Source: Patescibacteria group bacterium (lineage in GTDB: Bacteria > Patescibacteriota > Microgenomatia > Curtissbacterales > GWA2-41-24). Taken from it: a stretch of DNA of 64,000 nt. The position numbers and the translations under genes were made by a program. The notes beneath the pieces were generated by a model that saw nothing but the letters and a program-made list of their open reading frames with translations, did no database searches and was not told the DNA's origin. Every line of letters begins with the position of its first letter. The stretch's first letter is position 1. This document shows, piece by piece, positions 37,723 to 47,665 of the stretch. The stretch spans positions 953 to 64,952 of the forward strand of contig JBBTUN010000005.1 in assembly GCA_038063735.1 (NCBI GenBank), written 5' to 3'.

Positions 37723-38967
37723 TTAAAATTTATCAAACTTTGCCAACTGGTACTTGCGGTCTCCAAAATAGCCGGTTACCTCGGGCATAACAATGGGCAT
37801 GCCAAGTAGTTGCGCCGGAAAAACCGTGTATTCACCATATTTATCATTTATAGAGTCGGTACTTTTTATAAGTTTTGCCCATTTGACCTCGTCGCTAAAA
37901 AGGGGAGTGGTAATATAGCCGTTTCTCGTAAGCATCCCCAGGCTCACTCCGCAAAAAATTATATTCTTAAAATCCCAGTCGCTGGAAATCAATTTGCAAA
38001 TGTCAAAAAGCTTTTTGCCATCATTTATGTAGGTTTTTAAGGTTCTGTGTCCCCAAAAACTATGGCCGCCATGCCCTTCACGCAAGGAAAAACCCACATA
38101 ACGCCCCGCAAGATTCATACGCCTTGCTTTAAAAGCGGCCTCTTCACAAAGATTCCTGGCAACCTTAAAAATGTCTGCCTTTTTTGTTAAAAGTCTATGC
38201 GTTGTGTAAGTGCGGCCCACGCTTTTCTGCTCCGGCAAAGATTTAAAAGAGTTAACGGGTGCAGTGTCTACCCCTCGGCAGATATTCCACAGATAGGGTC
38301 CCCAAAAAGGACCAAAGTTAGCATTTAAAAATTGTGCAGGGCAATTACGCAGTTTTGGAAAGTTGTTTACCCCAAGCTTTGTTAAATGCCCGTAAAGTCC
38401 CCAACCCAGGCCGCAAACGTCCGTCAGTTTAGATTTGTCCAAAACCTCAATCACATTATCCTCTGTTATCCAAAAAAGACCATCGGGTTTTATTTGGTTG
38501 GAGGCAAGTTTGGCCAAAAATTTGTTATGGGAAACGCCAACGGAGCAGGTTAAATAATCACCAATCTCTCTTAACCTTTTTTTTAAATCAAAGGCAATAC
38601 TAAAAACATTACCCCAGAAATGCTCTGTTTCGGTAACATCGATAAAACACTCATCAAGTGAAAAAACTTCGCAATGTGGGGAGTAGAGAGAACAAATTTT
38701 TATAAACTCATGGCTTATGTATTCATATTTACTAAAATCCGCAGGAACCAAAATAATCTCAGGACAAAGTTTTTTGGCGTCATACACGCGGCTTCCTGTG
38801 CCTACTCCGTATTTTTTAGCCTCTACAGAGGCAGCAATAATACAACTTCGGCCCTTTGCCTTTACAACGCCAACGGGTTTGCCCCGAAAAGCTGGATTTG
38901 CCTGTTGTTCGGCAGTTGCAAAAAAACTGTTCAGGTCGACATGAATAATAACACGTTGATCGTTCAT
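37723..38967 (-). CDS. dinB: Y-family DNA polymerase (Pol IV-like)
   Basis: HVDLNSFFA, AASVEAK, SLDECF, KFLAKLAS..KPDG, KSVG. Confidence 0.95.
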   Translation of the reverse strand: MNDQRVIIHVDLNSFFATAEQQANPAFRGKPVGVVKAKGRSCIIAASVEAKKYGVGTGSRVYDAKKLCPEIILVPADFSKYEYISHEFIKICSLYSPHCEVFSLDECFIDVTETEHFWGNVFSIAFDLKKRLREIGDYLTCSVGVSHNKFLAKLASNQIKPDGLFWITEDNVIEVLDKSKLTDVCGLGWGLYGHLTKLGVNNFPKLRNCPAQFLNANFGPFWGPYLWNICRGVDTAPVNSFKSLPEQKSVGRTYTTHRLLTKKADIFKVARNLCEEAAFKARRMNLAGRYVGFSLREGHGGHSFWGHRTLKTYINDGKKLFDICKLISSDWDFKNIIFCGVSLGMLTRNGYITTPLFSDEVKWAKLIKSTDSINDKYGEYTVFPAQLLGMPIVMPEVTGYFGDRKYQLAKFDKF

Positions 38968-39035
38968 AGTTCATTGTTAATAGAAGGTATAAAGCTCTTA
39001 TCCTCGTCCACGAACCATTAACCACGAACCATCAA

Positions 39036-39275
39036 CTATTCCAGTTCCATTACCTTCTTGACTCTCCAGCTATAGCTGCTGGTGTTGTATTCCAGTTCAA
39101 AGTTAGAAGTATCCGAGGCGCAAACCAAATCTACCAATTTCGTGTCGCCCACCCTTTTGGAGGAAGAAAAAATTAGCTTCTCAAACTTCACAAAACGTCT
39201 GTTCCAATTCATAGCAATAGGAAATATCCCACGATCAAAAAAAGCCCAAACTTTAACCTCATCATCAACTTCCAC
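39036..39275 (-). CDS. Small beta-rich protein upstream of dinB
   Basis: 79 aa, P....W..R and ELEY....SW pattern; first gene after a LexA-box promoter. Confidence 0.75.
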   Translation of the reverse strand: MEVDDEVKVWAFFDRGIFPIAMNWNRRFVKFEKLIFSSSKRVGDTKLVDLVCASDTSNFELEYNTSSYSWRVKKVMELE

Positions 39276-39281
39276 TCTCTT

Positions 39282-39311
39282 ATATTACCCAAAGAAAACC
39301 CGAAATGTCAA
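39282..39311 (-). promoter_or_regulatory. Promoter with putative LexA box TTCGG-N6-TTTGG
   Basis: TTGACA-N18-TAATAT; box at 39289-39304 matches the lexA promoter box. Confidence 0.8.
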
Positions 39312-39376
39312 GATCTTAAACGTTTACAATTTGGCAAAGGGTACAAAATCTGCTTACAATAGATATAAGCCTGCCA

Positions 39377-40450
39377 ATGTCGACCTTATCTTATAGGGAG
39401 TACTTGGACTTTGTCGAAAAGTACAACAAGAATAGTATTCCGTTTGTAAAAGTAATTTCCTCTTTACTTGTGGTTGCGCTTGTGGCCTTTGTGTTTTCCA
39501 CTTCGATCTCCAACTACAACAACAAAAAAATAGAACCTGCTGTTTTGCAATCCAAATATTTCGAAAATGTGAACGCAGGATACTTTAAAAGTAAGCAGGC
39601 TATGGCAGATCTTTTCGACAGTTTTCAGATAGCAGGCGTAAAAACAGAAAAACTGGATTCTCTTAAAGAATCCTCCCAATCCGTCCAGGCACCCGGCTTC
39701 TTTCTAACGCTGGGTGAAACACAAAAAGTTTTGTCCCAAATTAAACTGGCCGAAGAAAGTATTCTTACCGAGCGGGAGGAGCTTAAAAAACAGGTTGTTC
39801 CGCAAGTATACGAAACACTCAATAACCAGGTGGTTGAATATTTAAACCAGTCCGAAACGTTTTTGACCAGTCTCCAGTCAACCCAGGAACAGTTAAAAGA
39901 TCTGACACTTGCCGCCGGACCTAATCTGTACCTGCCCACGCTTTCGGATGAAACTATCTGGCAAACTCAGGATTTAGAAAAAATAAAAGCTTATTACGAG
40001 AACCAAAAAAAGGAAGCCGAGGCGGCAACCCTCTCATACACTAAGATCCAGACAAAAGATCAGCTAAAAACTTACAAAGATCACGAGCTTACTTATTTTC
40101 AGCTGGTTATAAACGTCTCGGACAATATTATTAAAGTCTTAGGAAAAACTACAAATGAAGACCCTCAATCAGCCACCAACATAGAAGAAGCTTACCAGGT
40201 TTTAGTCGGGGCTAAGCGTGAAAACGAACAGCTGGCTCAACAGCTTCTGGATGCGAGAGTTAACCTAACATCTTCCCAGGTTTACTTTGAAAATATCTCC
40301 TCTCTTAAAAATCGACAAAGAGTGATAGAAAGCGGACTGGTTGAAGGGAATAAAGTACAATTAAAAAACGTAACGAAAGTAACCCAATCAAACTTACTAA
40401 ACAAAATACCTATAGTTGGTAATTATTTTACTCCCTTACAAAGTAATTAA
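39377..40450 (+). CDS. Hypothetical membrane-anchored coiled-coil protein
   Basis: One N-terminal TM, long helical region. Confidence 0.7.
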   Translation: MSTLSYREYLDFVEKYNKNSIPFVKVISSLLVVALVAFVFSTSISNYNNKKIEPAVLQSKYFENVNAGYFKSKQAMADLFDSFQIAGVKTEKLDSLKESSQSVQAPGFFLTLGETQKVLSQIKLAEESILTEREELKKQVVPQVYETLNNQVVEYLNQSETFLTSLQSTQEQLKDLTLAAGPNLYLPTLSDETIWQTQDLEKIKAYYENQKKEAEAATLSYTKIQTKDQLKTYKDHELTYFQLVINVSDNIIKVLGKTTNEDPQSATNIEEAYQVLVGAKRENEQLAQQLLDARVNLTSSQVYFENISSLKNRQRVIESGLVEGNKVQLKNVTKVTQSNLLNKIPIVGNYFTPLQSN

Positions 40451-40524
40451 TGCTTTTGCTAAACTATTAAAGAAGCTTGTTTCAAAGAAATTAGCTATTT
40501 AAACTAAGAAAGGAGGCAAAAATT

Positions 40525-40767
40525 ATGGATCCAAATCAAGACGACCAAGGTCAAAACCCGGGTATGCCAGCTGATGACGGAATGGGAGGACAAACTCCGG
40601 CACCGGATACGGACACAAACCCAGCTCCGGTTGGGGGAGACTCACCTGCTGGTGGAATGGATGAACTTCCTCCTTCCCCGCCGGTAGTAGAAGAACAACA
40701 ACCAGCAGATACACCTGCAGATTCAGGTTCCGAGGAACCTGCCGGGGACACAAACCCAGCAGCTTAA
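40525..40767 (+). CDS. Small acidic Pro/Gly/Asp-rich disordered protein
   Basis: Strong SD AAGGAGG upstream; no Lys or Arg. Confidence 0.7.
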   Translation: MDPNQDDQGQNPGMPADDGMGGQTPAPDTDTNPAPVGGDSPAGGMDELPPSPPVVEEQQPADTPADSGSEEPAGDTNPAA

Positions 40768-40824
40768 GGTTAGGCAAGGGCAGCTAAAGTTTCTTTCCAA
40801 AGCTTTGCAGTAAGGAAAAGAAAT

Positions 40825-41493
40825 TTGACGTTAACAAAACTTAAATCTAGTTTTAGATTAACAGCAGTTTTAGTGTTGTTCGTGGCTTACTCGGTAAGTT
40901 TGTATTATTTTGGGCAAGTTTCCGTGCCAAAAATAACCTTATCCGCGCAAGACACCGATAAAAACCAAGGCGTTGCCGACAAAATACAAAAACCTCTTCC
41001 CCAAAACGAAACAGTATCTGCAAGAGTACTTGCTCAATCAGTAAAACTTTGCGCCAGTACCGTTAATTCGTTTGAACTTGCCTACCCTAAAGATTGGTTC
41101 ACAACATACAATCAAAAAGACCAAGAGTGTGCATTTTTTGCACCGTATTCTTTTGTGATACCGACTAGTCTCGAAAGCGATTTTACCCAAGTCACCATTA
41201 AAGTGATAAATAAAGACCAGTGGGAAGAGGTGGTCAAATCTTTTGAAAACCCGAACGAGCTTTACAACATTGACGAAACAAAAAACATAGACGTAAACGG
41301 TAAACTTGTAAAGTTCATTAAATCCCAATCGACAGGTAGTCTTAAACCAAGGGGTTTTAAAAAGGTTACGTACCTTGTTTTTGATACAAATCATCCGCTG
41401 GAGATTACGTACACTCAGCTGGACGAAAAAGAAGATACAAAAAATTACGAGGTCGTTTTAGAAAATATGGTGCAGTCCTTAAAGTTTTACTAA
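40825..41493 (+). CDS. Membrane-anchored PsbP-like domain protein
   Basis: N-terminal TM, FELAYPKDW, NMVQSLKF ending. Confidence 0.65.
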   Translation: MTLTKLKSSFRLTAVLVLFVAYSVSLYYFGQVSVPKITLSAQDTDKNQGVADKIQKPLPQNETVSARVLAQSVKLCASTVNSFELAYPKDWFTTYNQKDQECAFFAPYSFVIPTSLESDFTQVTIKVINKDQWEEVVKSFENPNELYNIDETKNIDVNGKLVKFIKSQSTGSLKPRGFKKVTYLVFDTNHPLEITYTQLDEKEDTKNYEVVLENMVQSLKFY

Positions 41494-41549
41494 AAGAAAA
41501 GGCCCCTCTTGCGAGAAGCCCTTTCGAGTTTGCCTATCTTGCGATAAGC
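41492..41549 (-). ncRNA. Putative small RNA with two GCAA-tetraloop hairpins
   Basis: TTGACA-N17-TATAAA (41584-41556), then GCTTATC-GCAA-GATAGGC, AAACTCGAAAG, GGCTTCTC-GCAA-GAGGGGCC-TTTTCTTTT; no ORF. Confidence 0.55.
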
Positions 41550-41633
41550 ACAAACTTTATACTGCGGGAAAATATAACTGTCAATACCCCAAAACAAGGC
41601 CAAAAAACAAGTGTTATACTTTTACCAAAATCC

Positions 41634-42896
41634 ATGAAAATAATTAAGAACCACGAAGTCCACACAGTCTCCGAAATTAATCATTTTGCAAAACTAACAC
41701 TTGAGCAGGTTATTGTGTGGGTAGAGGGTGAGGTCTCCGCTCTAAAAAAAATAGGGGACTACGATTTTTACCTGTTCGACTTAAAAGACGGCAAAAATGT
41801 TCTTCCCTGCTCGGCAAATGGCAGCATAGTAGAAGCACTCGGATCCGATATATCAAACCAAACAGTTATTGCTTTTGGCAACCTTACACTTTATGAGCCA
41901 AGCGGAAAGTATCAATTAAGGGTTCAGCACTTAGAGCTCTCGGGCGAAGGCCAAATTTATAAAAAGCTGGAAGAGCTAATAAAAAAATTAAGGGAAGAAG
42001 GTTTATTTGATTCCAGAAATAAAAAAGAGATCCCGCTCTACCCTAGAAAAATTTGTATTGTTTCCTCAATTGGCTCCGACGGTTGGAATGATTTTAAAAC
42101 ACACACTGTTGAAAAATTCCCGATAACCCAACTTTTTACAACTGATATTAGGGTCCAGGGGCCAAAATCAATAAATGATTTGCTAAGAGTTCTGCCTCAA
42201 GTTGACCAAAAAGGTTTCGATGTTGTCGTTATTACCCGCGGAGGTGGCGGTCTCGACGATTTGGCTGCTTTCAACAACGAAGACGTAGCCCGGACCATTT
42301 TTAAAATGAAAACTCCTACAGTTGTTGCCATAGGCCACGAAGCCAACGAATCATTGGCTGAATGGGTGGCAGACGCCCATGCATCGACCCCGACAGACGC
42401 AGCCAACATAGTAACTCGTGGGTGGCAAAGTATTTTAGACAAACTCAACCTGATTGACGCCAGGTTAGAATCAAAATTTCAGCGGTTTAGGGAAAATAAT
42501 TTACAAAAATTAGATTACTTCTATGCAAAACTCAGCCAGGAAAAAATGAGAATCAACCAATACCCGCACCAATTAAAGAGACTGGAAGACAGTTTAAAAA
42601 ACCGTCAAAAAATAATAATTACCGACGCTCAGCAGGAAGAAAAAAGACTCTACGAAGACCTGTCAAAAAACGCGAAATCTCTTATCCAAAGTTCAAGCAC
42701 TACGCTTATAAGATATGCGCAGGCTCTAAACTTACTATCTCCCCAAAACACCCTAAAGCGCGGATATTCACTAACCACTGACGAAAATGGTCGGGTTATA
42801 AGGTCTGTTGCAAGTGTTGTAGTCGGACAAAAAATAGGAGTAAAATTGTCAGACGGCAGCTTAACATCCGTAGTAAAATCAAAGAGTAAAAAATGA
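41634..42896 (+). CDS. xseA: Exodeoxyribonuclease VII large subunit
   Basis: VWVEGEVS, LKD, VQG, RGGGG..DL..FN.E, AIGHE, STPT, LKRGYS. Confidence 0.95.
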   Translation: MKIIKNHEVHTVSEINHFAKLTLEQVIVWVEGEVSALKKIGDYDFYLFDLKDGKNVLPCSANGSIVEALGSDISNQTVIAFGNLTLYEPSGKYQLRVQHLELSGEGQIYKKLEELIKKLREEGLFDSRNKKEIPLYPRKICIVSSIGSDGWNDFKTHTVEKFPITQLFTTDIRVQGPKSINDLLRVLPQVDQKGFDVVVITRGGGGLDDLAAFNNEDVARTIFKMKTPTVVAIGHEANESLAEWVADAHASTPTDAANIVTRGWQSILDKLNLIDARLESKFQRFRENNLQKLDYFYAKLSQEKMRINQYPHQLKRLEDSLKNRQKIIITDAQQEEKRLYEDLSKNAKSLIQSSSTTLIRYAQALNLLSPQNTLKRGYSLTTDENGRVIRSVASVVVGQKIGVKLSDGSLTSVVKSKSKK

Positions 42897-43102
42897 AGCA
42901 AACAGAAGACCTAACGTTTTCAAAGGCACTTGCCAGACTTGAAGAAATTGTCGCTAAACTTGAAGAACCGGATTTAGACCTGGAAGAAGGTTTACAACTT
43001 CTGGAAGAAGGAGTTAGATTACACAAAGTGTGCAAAATTAAGTTAACTTCAGCAAGCGCTAAAATTACTACCATCCTAAAAGAAGAAAATGGCGGAAGCT
43101 AA
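42893..43102 (+). CDS. xseB: Exodeoxyribonuclease VII small subunit
   Basis: FSKALARLEEIV..LE, EEGVRL..C. Confidence 0.93.
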   Translation: MKQTEDLTFSKALARLEEIVAKLEEPDLDLEEGLQLLEEGVRLHKVCKIKLTSASAKITTILKEENGGS

Positions 43103-43346
43103 CATTGGGGTCGTAATTCATTGCTTTCCTAAGCTGTTTGTGGCTGTCATAAAACTTTCCAAAAAAAATTTAAAAATAGGAGACAGGATAAAACTTGTTA
43201 ATAAACAAGGGGAAAACTTTACTCAAACGGTAGAATCTATGCAAATTAAGCATGCTCAAATTGACATTGCCAGGGCTGGGGACGAGTTTGGCCTTAAAAC
43301 TACAAATGCTGTCAAATTAAAATCACCCGTTATAAAAATATTATGA
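43089..43346 (+). CDS. EF-Tu domain-2-like beta-barrel protein
   Basis: IG.V.H.F.K..VA, LKIGD.I, QTVESMQI, GDEFGLK. Confidence 0.75.
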   Translation: MAEANIGVVIHCFPKLFVAVIKLSKKNLKIGDRIKLVNKQGENFTQTVESMQIKHAQIDIARAGDEFGLKTTNAVKLKSPVIKIL

Positions 43347-44032
43347 TTTACGTGCTTCACGGGGCAAATTCTGATGACTCCTCACAAAAAATTAAAAGCC
43401 TTGTAACCAAATATCCGGGATATGAAAAAATATACGTACAAGCGCAAGACTCGGATCTTCTGTATCAAAGCTTGTTTGCCCGAGACATAACCGGAAGCAA
43501 AAAACTTATTATTGTTGAAGGGTTCGTAGAAAGAAAAAGTCTCAAAAACATAGACCTTAAAAATGTCCAAGAAGATAATATACTCATTATTTGGGAGAAG
43601 AAAGAGATTACGGCCGCGCAAATCGCGAAGCTGGCAAAAGTGGCAAACGTTGAGAATTTTAAATTGCCATCCACCCTTTTTTATTTTTTAGATTCAATTT
43701 CGACCAGTCCAGGGCAGACTCTCAAATATCTTAAAGAACTCCAAAGCGAAAAAGCAACCGGCCTGGCCTGGCACATAGCAAACCGACTTTTTTTGATGAT
43801 CCTTTTAAAATTAGAGCTAAAAGAGGCCGAAATTCAACAAATCGCTGGCAGAAGACTCGCTCCTTGGCAGCTTGATAAAATTAAATCTCAAGCCTTTGCT
43901 TTCCCTTTACCAAAACTAAAGCAAATGTTTTCTGCCGTTCTCAAGGTTGATACCCTAATTAAAACCGGCAGCACCCAAATGCCGGAGGCAACGCTGCTGT
44001 CCCTTATGTTTGCAAAGTACCTAAAAGCTTAA
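43343..44032 (+). CDS. holA: DNA polymerase III delta subunit-like (short)
   Basis: MIYVLHG, SLF, PWQ..K..Q, D.LIKTG. Confidence 0.65.
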   Translation: MIYVLHGANSDDSSQKIKSLVTKYPGYEKIYVQAQDSDLLYQSLFARDITGSKKLIIVEGFVERKSLKNIDLKNVQEDNILIIWEKKEITAAQIAKLAKVANVENFKLPSTLFYFLDSISTSPGQTLKYLKELQSEKATGLAWHIANRLFLMILLKLELKEAEIQQIAGRRLAPWQLDKIKSQAFAFPLPKLKQMFSAVLKVDTLIKTGSTQMPEATLLSLMFAKYLKA

Positions 44033-44124
44033 AGTTTGTTACAATTAATACAAGATAAAAACTGCCCGCTGCCCGCCCTCAAAACGGGCAAGTCGGCATT
44101 GTTTTTTAAAAAATCTTAAAAACA

Positions 44125-46398
44125 ATGCGAAGCATAGTTTGGTTTAAAGAAGTAGATAAGAATGATATAGCTCACGTTGGTGGGAAGGGCGCAAACCTAG
44201 GCGAACTCACAAAAATTGGTGCACCGGTTCCGGATGGTTTTATCGTTACCTCGCAAGCATATTTTGATAATTTAAAGGTCTCCGGTGCGCTCGATAGGAT
44301 ACGAGGCATACTCTACAATGTGGATGTTGACAATCCGACGGCCCTTGAGACAAAAGCCCAGGCTTGTCAGGACGAAATTAAAAAGATAACCCTGGACAAA
44401 AAACTCGAAGAAAATCTCTACGAATATTATGAAAAACTTTCCAATAAAAAAAATGTCTTAGTCGCAGTAAGATCCTCCGCAACCGCAGAAGATCTTCCGG
44501 AAGCATCATTTGCAGGACAACAATCAACATTTTTAAATATTAAAGGCAAAGACAACCTCAAAGAAGCCTTGTTGGCAGCCTGGGCTTCCTTGTTTGAAGC
44601 AAGAGCAATTTTTTACCGCGTCCAGAAAAATTTCGACCACTTTAAAGTTGGTATCGCAATCCCTATCCAAAGGATGGTCCAATCACAAACATCCGGAATT
44701 ATGTTTACTATGGATCCCGTAACAAACAATAAAAACACAATAATAATAGAAGCAATTTTTGGCCTCGGGGAACTCATTGTCGGCGGCCAGGAAACGCCGG
44801 ATCATTACGAAGTTTCAAAAAAAGGCTTTACCATAAGCGCCAAAAAAATCGTCGCTCAAAACAAACAAATGATTCTTTCCGCGCATGGTAATAAAACACT
44901 GAGCGTTGCCCCCGCTTACAAAGAAGAGCAGAAACTTCCCGACAAATACATAGTAGAACTTGCCAAAATCGGTCATAGCGTAGAAGAACATTATTTTTTC
45001 CCGCAAGACATAGAATGGGCATTTGAAGACAACAAATTATACATAGTGCAAACAAGGCCGATTACAACTATAAAAAGTACAGGCAAAGACCTGGACGATA
45101 AAAGCACTCAGAAGTTTGACCAAAAAGATGTTCTCGTTCAAGGCGCCCCTGCCTCCCCCATTATAGGTACAGGGAAAGTAGTCATTGTAAAAGATATAAA
45201 AGAACTGGGTAAAGTAGAAAAAGGAGACGTTTTAGTAACAGAAATGACCAATCCGGACTTTGTGCCCGCAATGAAAAAAGCAATAGCAATTGTCACGGAC
45301 CGTGGTGGGAGAACATCACATGCTGCAATTGTGTCCCGCGAGCTTGGAATTGCCTGCGTTGTTGGCACAGGTAATGCCACCCACAAATTAAAAGAGGGCA
45401 TGATTGTAACTGTAGACGGCTCAACAGGCGTCGTTTATAAAGGGCAAAACTTAAAAGGCTCCAAATATATTGAAGCTACTTTTAAAAAAGAGCACGCAAA
45501 ACACAGTAAAACTGCAACTCACATTTACACAAACCTGGCAGAACCGGATCTTGCCGACAAAGTCGCCCGCCAGAATGTAGATGGTGTTGGTCTCCTGCGT
45601 GCAGAATTTTTGCTCGCCCAAATTGGTACCCATCCAAAAGAATTAATTGCTGAGAAAAAACAGGAAAACTATATAGGCCAGTTGGTTAGTGGTTTATCTA
45701 TTTTTACAAAGGCATTTGGAGAAAGACCTGTCATTTACAGGGCCACTGATTTTAAATCAAACGAATACAAAAATTTACGAGGTGGCGAAAAATTCGAACC
45801 ACAAGAATCCAACCCTATGCTTGGCTATCGCGGCGCATACAGGTATATAAAAGATCCGGATGTTTTTAAACTGGAGCTTGAAGCCATTAAACGTGTGCGA
45901 GAACATCATAATAATTTGCACCTGATGATTCCATTTGTAAGAACTGTGCAGGAACTTGTAACTGTAAAACAGATGGTAACAGATTGCGGACTCTTTCTGG
46001 ACCCTAAATTCAAGTTTTATATGATGGTAGAGATTCCTTCCAACGTAATTCTTCTTGAGGAATTTATTAAAGTCGGCATAGACGGGGTATCTATTGGATC
46101 CAACGATTTAACTATGCTTATTTTAGGTACCGACAGGGACAACGAAGAGGTAGCTGGTGAATTCTACGAATTAAATCCGGCTGTCCTTTGGGCCTTAAAA
46201 AAGATTATTGAAACTTCAAATAAATATAATGTTACTTCATCAATTTGCGGCCAGGCCCCGTCTGTTTACCCCCAGCTTACTCAAATGCTTGTTAACTGGG
46301 GAATAACCTCAATTTCCGTTAACCCGGATGTTATTGACTCAACACGCAAACTTGTCTATGAAGCAGAACATCATTTACTAAGCAGAGAAAAGGACTAA
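44125..46398 (+). CDS. ppsA: Phosphoenolpyruvate synthase
   Basis: GGKGANLGE, AVRSSATAED, TSHAAIVSRE, NPMLGYRG, SIGSNDLT. Confidence 0.96.
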   Translation: MRSIVWFKEVDKNDIAHVGGKGANLGELTKIGAPVPDGFIVTSQAYFDNLKVSGALDRIRGILYNVDVDNPTALETKAQACQDEIKKITLDKKLEENLYEYYEKLSNKKNVLVAVRSSATAEDLPEASFAGQQSTFLNIKGKDNLKEALLAAWASLFEARAIFYRVQKNFDHFKVGIAIPIQRMVQSQTSGIMFTMDPVTNNKNTIIIEAIFGLGELIVGGQETPDHYEVSKKGFTISAKKIVAQNKQMILSAHGNKTLSVAPAYKEEQKLPDKYIVELAKIGHSVEEHYFFPQDIEWAFEDNKLYIVQTRPITTIKSTGKDLDDKSTQKFDQKDVLVQGAPASPIIGTGKVVIVKDIKELGKVEKGDVLVTEMTNPDFVPAMKKAIAIVTDRGGRTSHAAIVSRELGIACVVGTGNATHKLKEGMIVTVDGSTGVVYKGQNLKGSKYIEATFKKEHAKHSKTATHIYTNLAEPDLADKVARQNVDGVGLLRAEFLLAQIGTHPKELIAEKKQENYIGQLVSGLSIFTKAFGERPVIYRATDFKSNEYKNLRGGEKFEPQESNPMLGYRGAYRYIKDPDVFKLELEAIKRVREHHNNLHLMIPFVRTVQELVTVKQMVTDCGLFLDPKFKFYMMVEIPSNVILLEEFIKVGIDGVSIGSNDLTMLILGTDRDNEEVAGEFYELNPAVLWALKKIIETSNKYNVTSSICGQAPSVYPQLTQMLVNWGITSISVNPDVIDSTRKLVYEAEHHLLSREKD

Positions 46399-46408
46399 AA
46401 GCAAAAAA

Positions 46409-47665
46409 ATGGCAAAAATTAAAAAAATAATTGGCCGCGAAGTATTAGATAGCCGTGGTTACCCGACAGTTGAAGCTATAGTTCAATTAGACGACGGGGC
46501 AGTCGGTAGTTTTGCGGCCCCATCAGGTTCCTCAATCGGCAGACACGAAGCAGTTGAACTTCGGGACGGCGACATAAAAAGGTACGGCGGTAAGGGAGTC
46601 TTGAAATGCTTGCACAACATTTTATATGTACTTGCCCCAAGAATAATCGGCAAAGATGCAGCTAACCAGGTAGAAATAGATAAAGAGATGATTCAGGCAG
46701 ACGGTACCAGTGATAAATCCAGGTTAGGTGCAAATACAATTCTTGCTATTTCGGCAGCTGTTGCCAAAGCCCAAAGTGCCTCGGAGCACAGCACTGTTTA
46801 CAAGTATATCTCAAAACTCTTAAGCGGCACCGCCTCCGAAAAATTCGAAATTCCGACCATCATGTTCAACATTTTAAATGGAGGTAAACATGGTGGCGGG
46901 AATACGGATTTCCAGGAATTTATGATCGTACCTCCACAGGCCACTTCGTACTCGTCAAACCTTCGCGTAGGCAGTGAAATTTATTACGCGCTGAAAGAAG
47001 TCATCGCGAACCATAGCGGTATTACTTTAATTGGTGACGAGGGTGGTTATGCACCAGTCTTATACACTAACGCAGATGCATTAAAAATTATAGAGGAATC
47101 TATTCAAAAGGCCGGATATAGTTTAGGCATGGATGTCTTTTTTTCGCTCGACATTGCCGCTTCTTACTTTATGGAGGGTAACAGTTACAAAATTAAAGAC
47201 AGGCCGGTTGCTCTTTCTACAAACGATTTTATCGATTACTTCGCTACTCTAAACGAGCAGTACCACATTCTATCACTTGAAGACCCGCTCTCCGAAGACG
47301 ACTGGGACGGATGGGCACTTATTACCCAGAAGTTGGGTTCAAAAACACTAATAGTCGGTGACGATCTAATAACAACAAACTTGGCACGCCTGAATAAAGC
47401 TATAGAAAAAAAATCTTGTAACGCAATTGTTGTAAAACCAAACCAGGTGGGAACCATAACGGAGACACTGGAAGTTGTAAAAAGAGCCAAAGAAGCCAAC
47501 TTTAAAATCGTTGTATCACACAGATCCGGTGAAACAAATGAGGATTTTATTGCCGATTTTGCTGTTGGCATCAACGCGGACTATGCAAAATTTGGCGCCC
47601 CGGCAAGAGGAGAGCGTGTCGCCAAATATAATAGACTTTTGGAAATAGAATACGAATTGTCCTAA
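46409..47665 (+). CDS. eno: Enolase
   Basis: DSRGYPTVE, GDEGG, GDDL, KPNQVGT, SHRSGET. Confidence 0.97.
   Translation: MAKIKKIIGREVLDSRGYPTVEAIVQLDDGAVGSFAAPSGSSIGRHEAVELRDGDIKRYGGKGVLKCLHNILYVLAPRIIGKDAANQVEIDKEMIQADGTSDKSRLGANTILAISAAVAKAQSASEHSTVYKYISKLLSGTASEKFEIPTIMFNILNGGKHGGGNTDFQEFMIVPPQATSYSSNLRVGSEIYYALKEVIANHSGITLIGDEGGYAPVLYTNADALKIIEESIQKAGYSLGMDVFFSLDIAASYFMEGNSYKIKDRPVALSTNDFIDYFATLNEQYHILSLEDPLSEDDWDGWALITQKLGSKTLIVGDDLITTNLARLNKAIEKKSCNAIVVKPNQVGTITETLEVVKRAKEANFKIVVSHRSGETNEDFIADFAVGINADYAKFGAPARGERVAKYNRLLEIEYELS

Noticed and set aside
41500-41540. c-di-GMP-I riboswitch (GGCAAAC..GAAA..CGCAA resemblance)
   Set aside because: P2 stem too short, no tetraloop receptor or P3 stem, and no downstream gene on that strand
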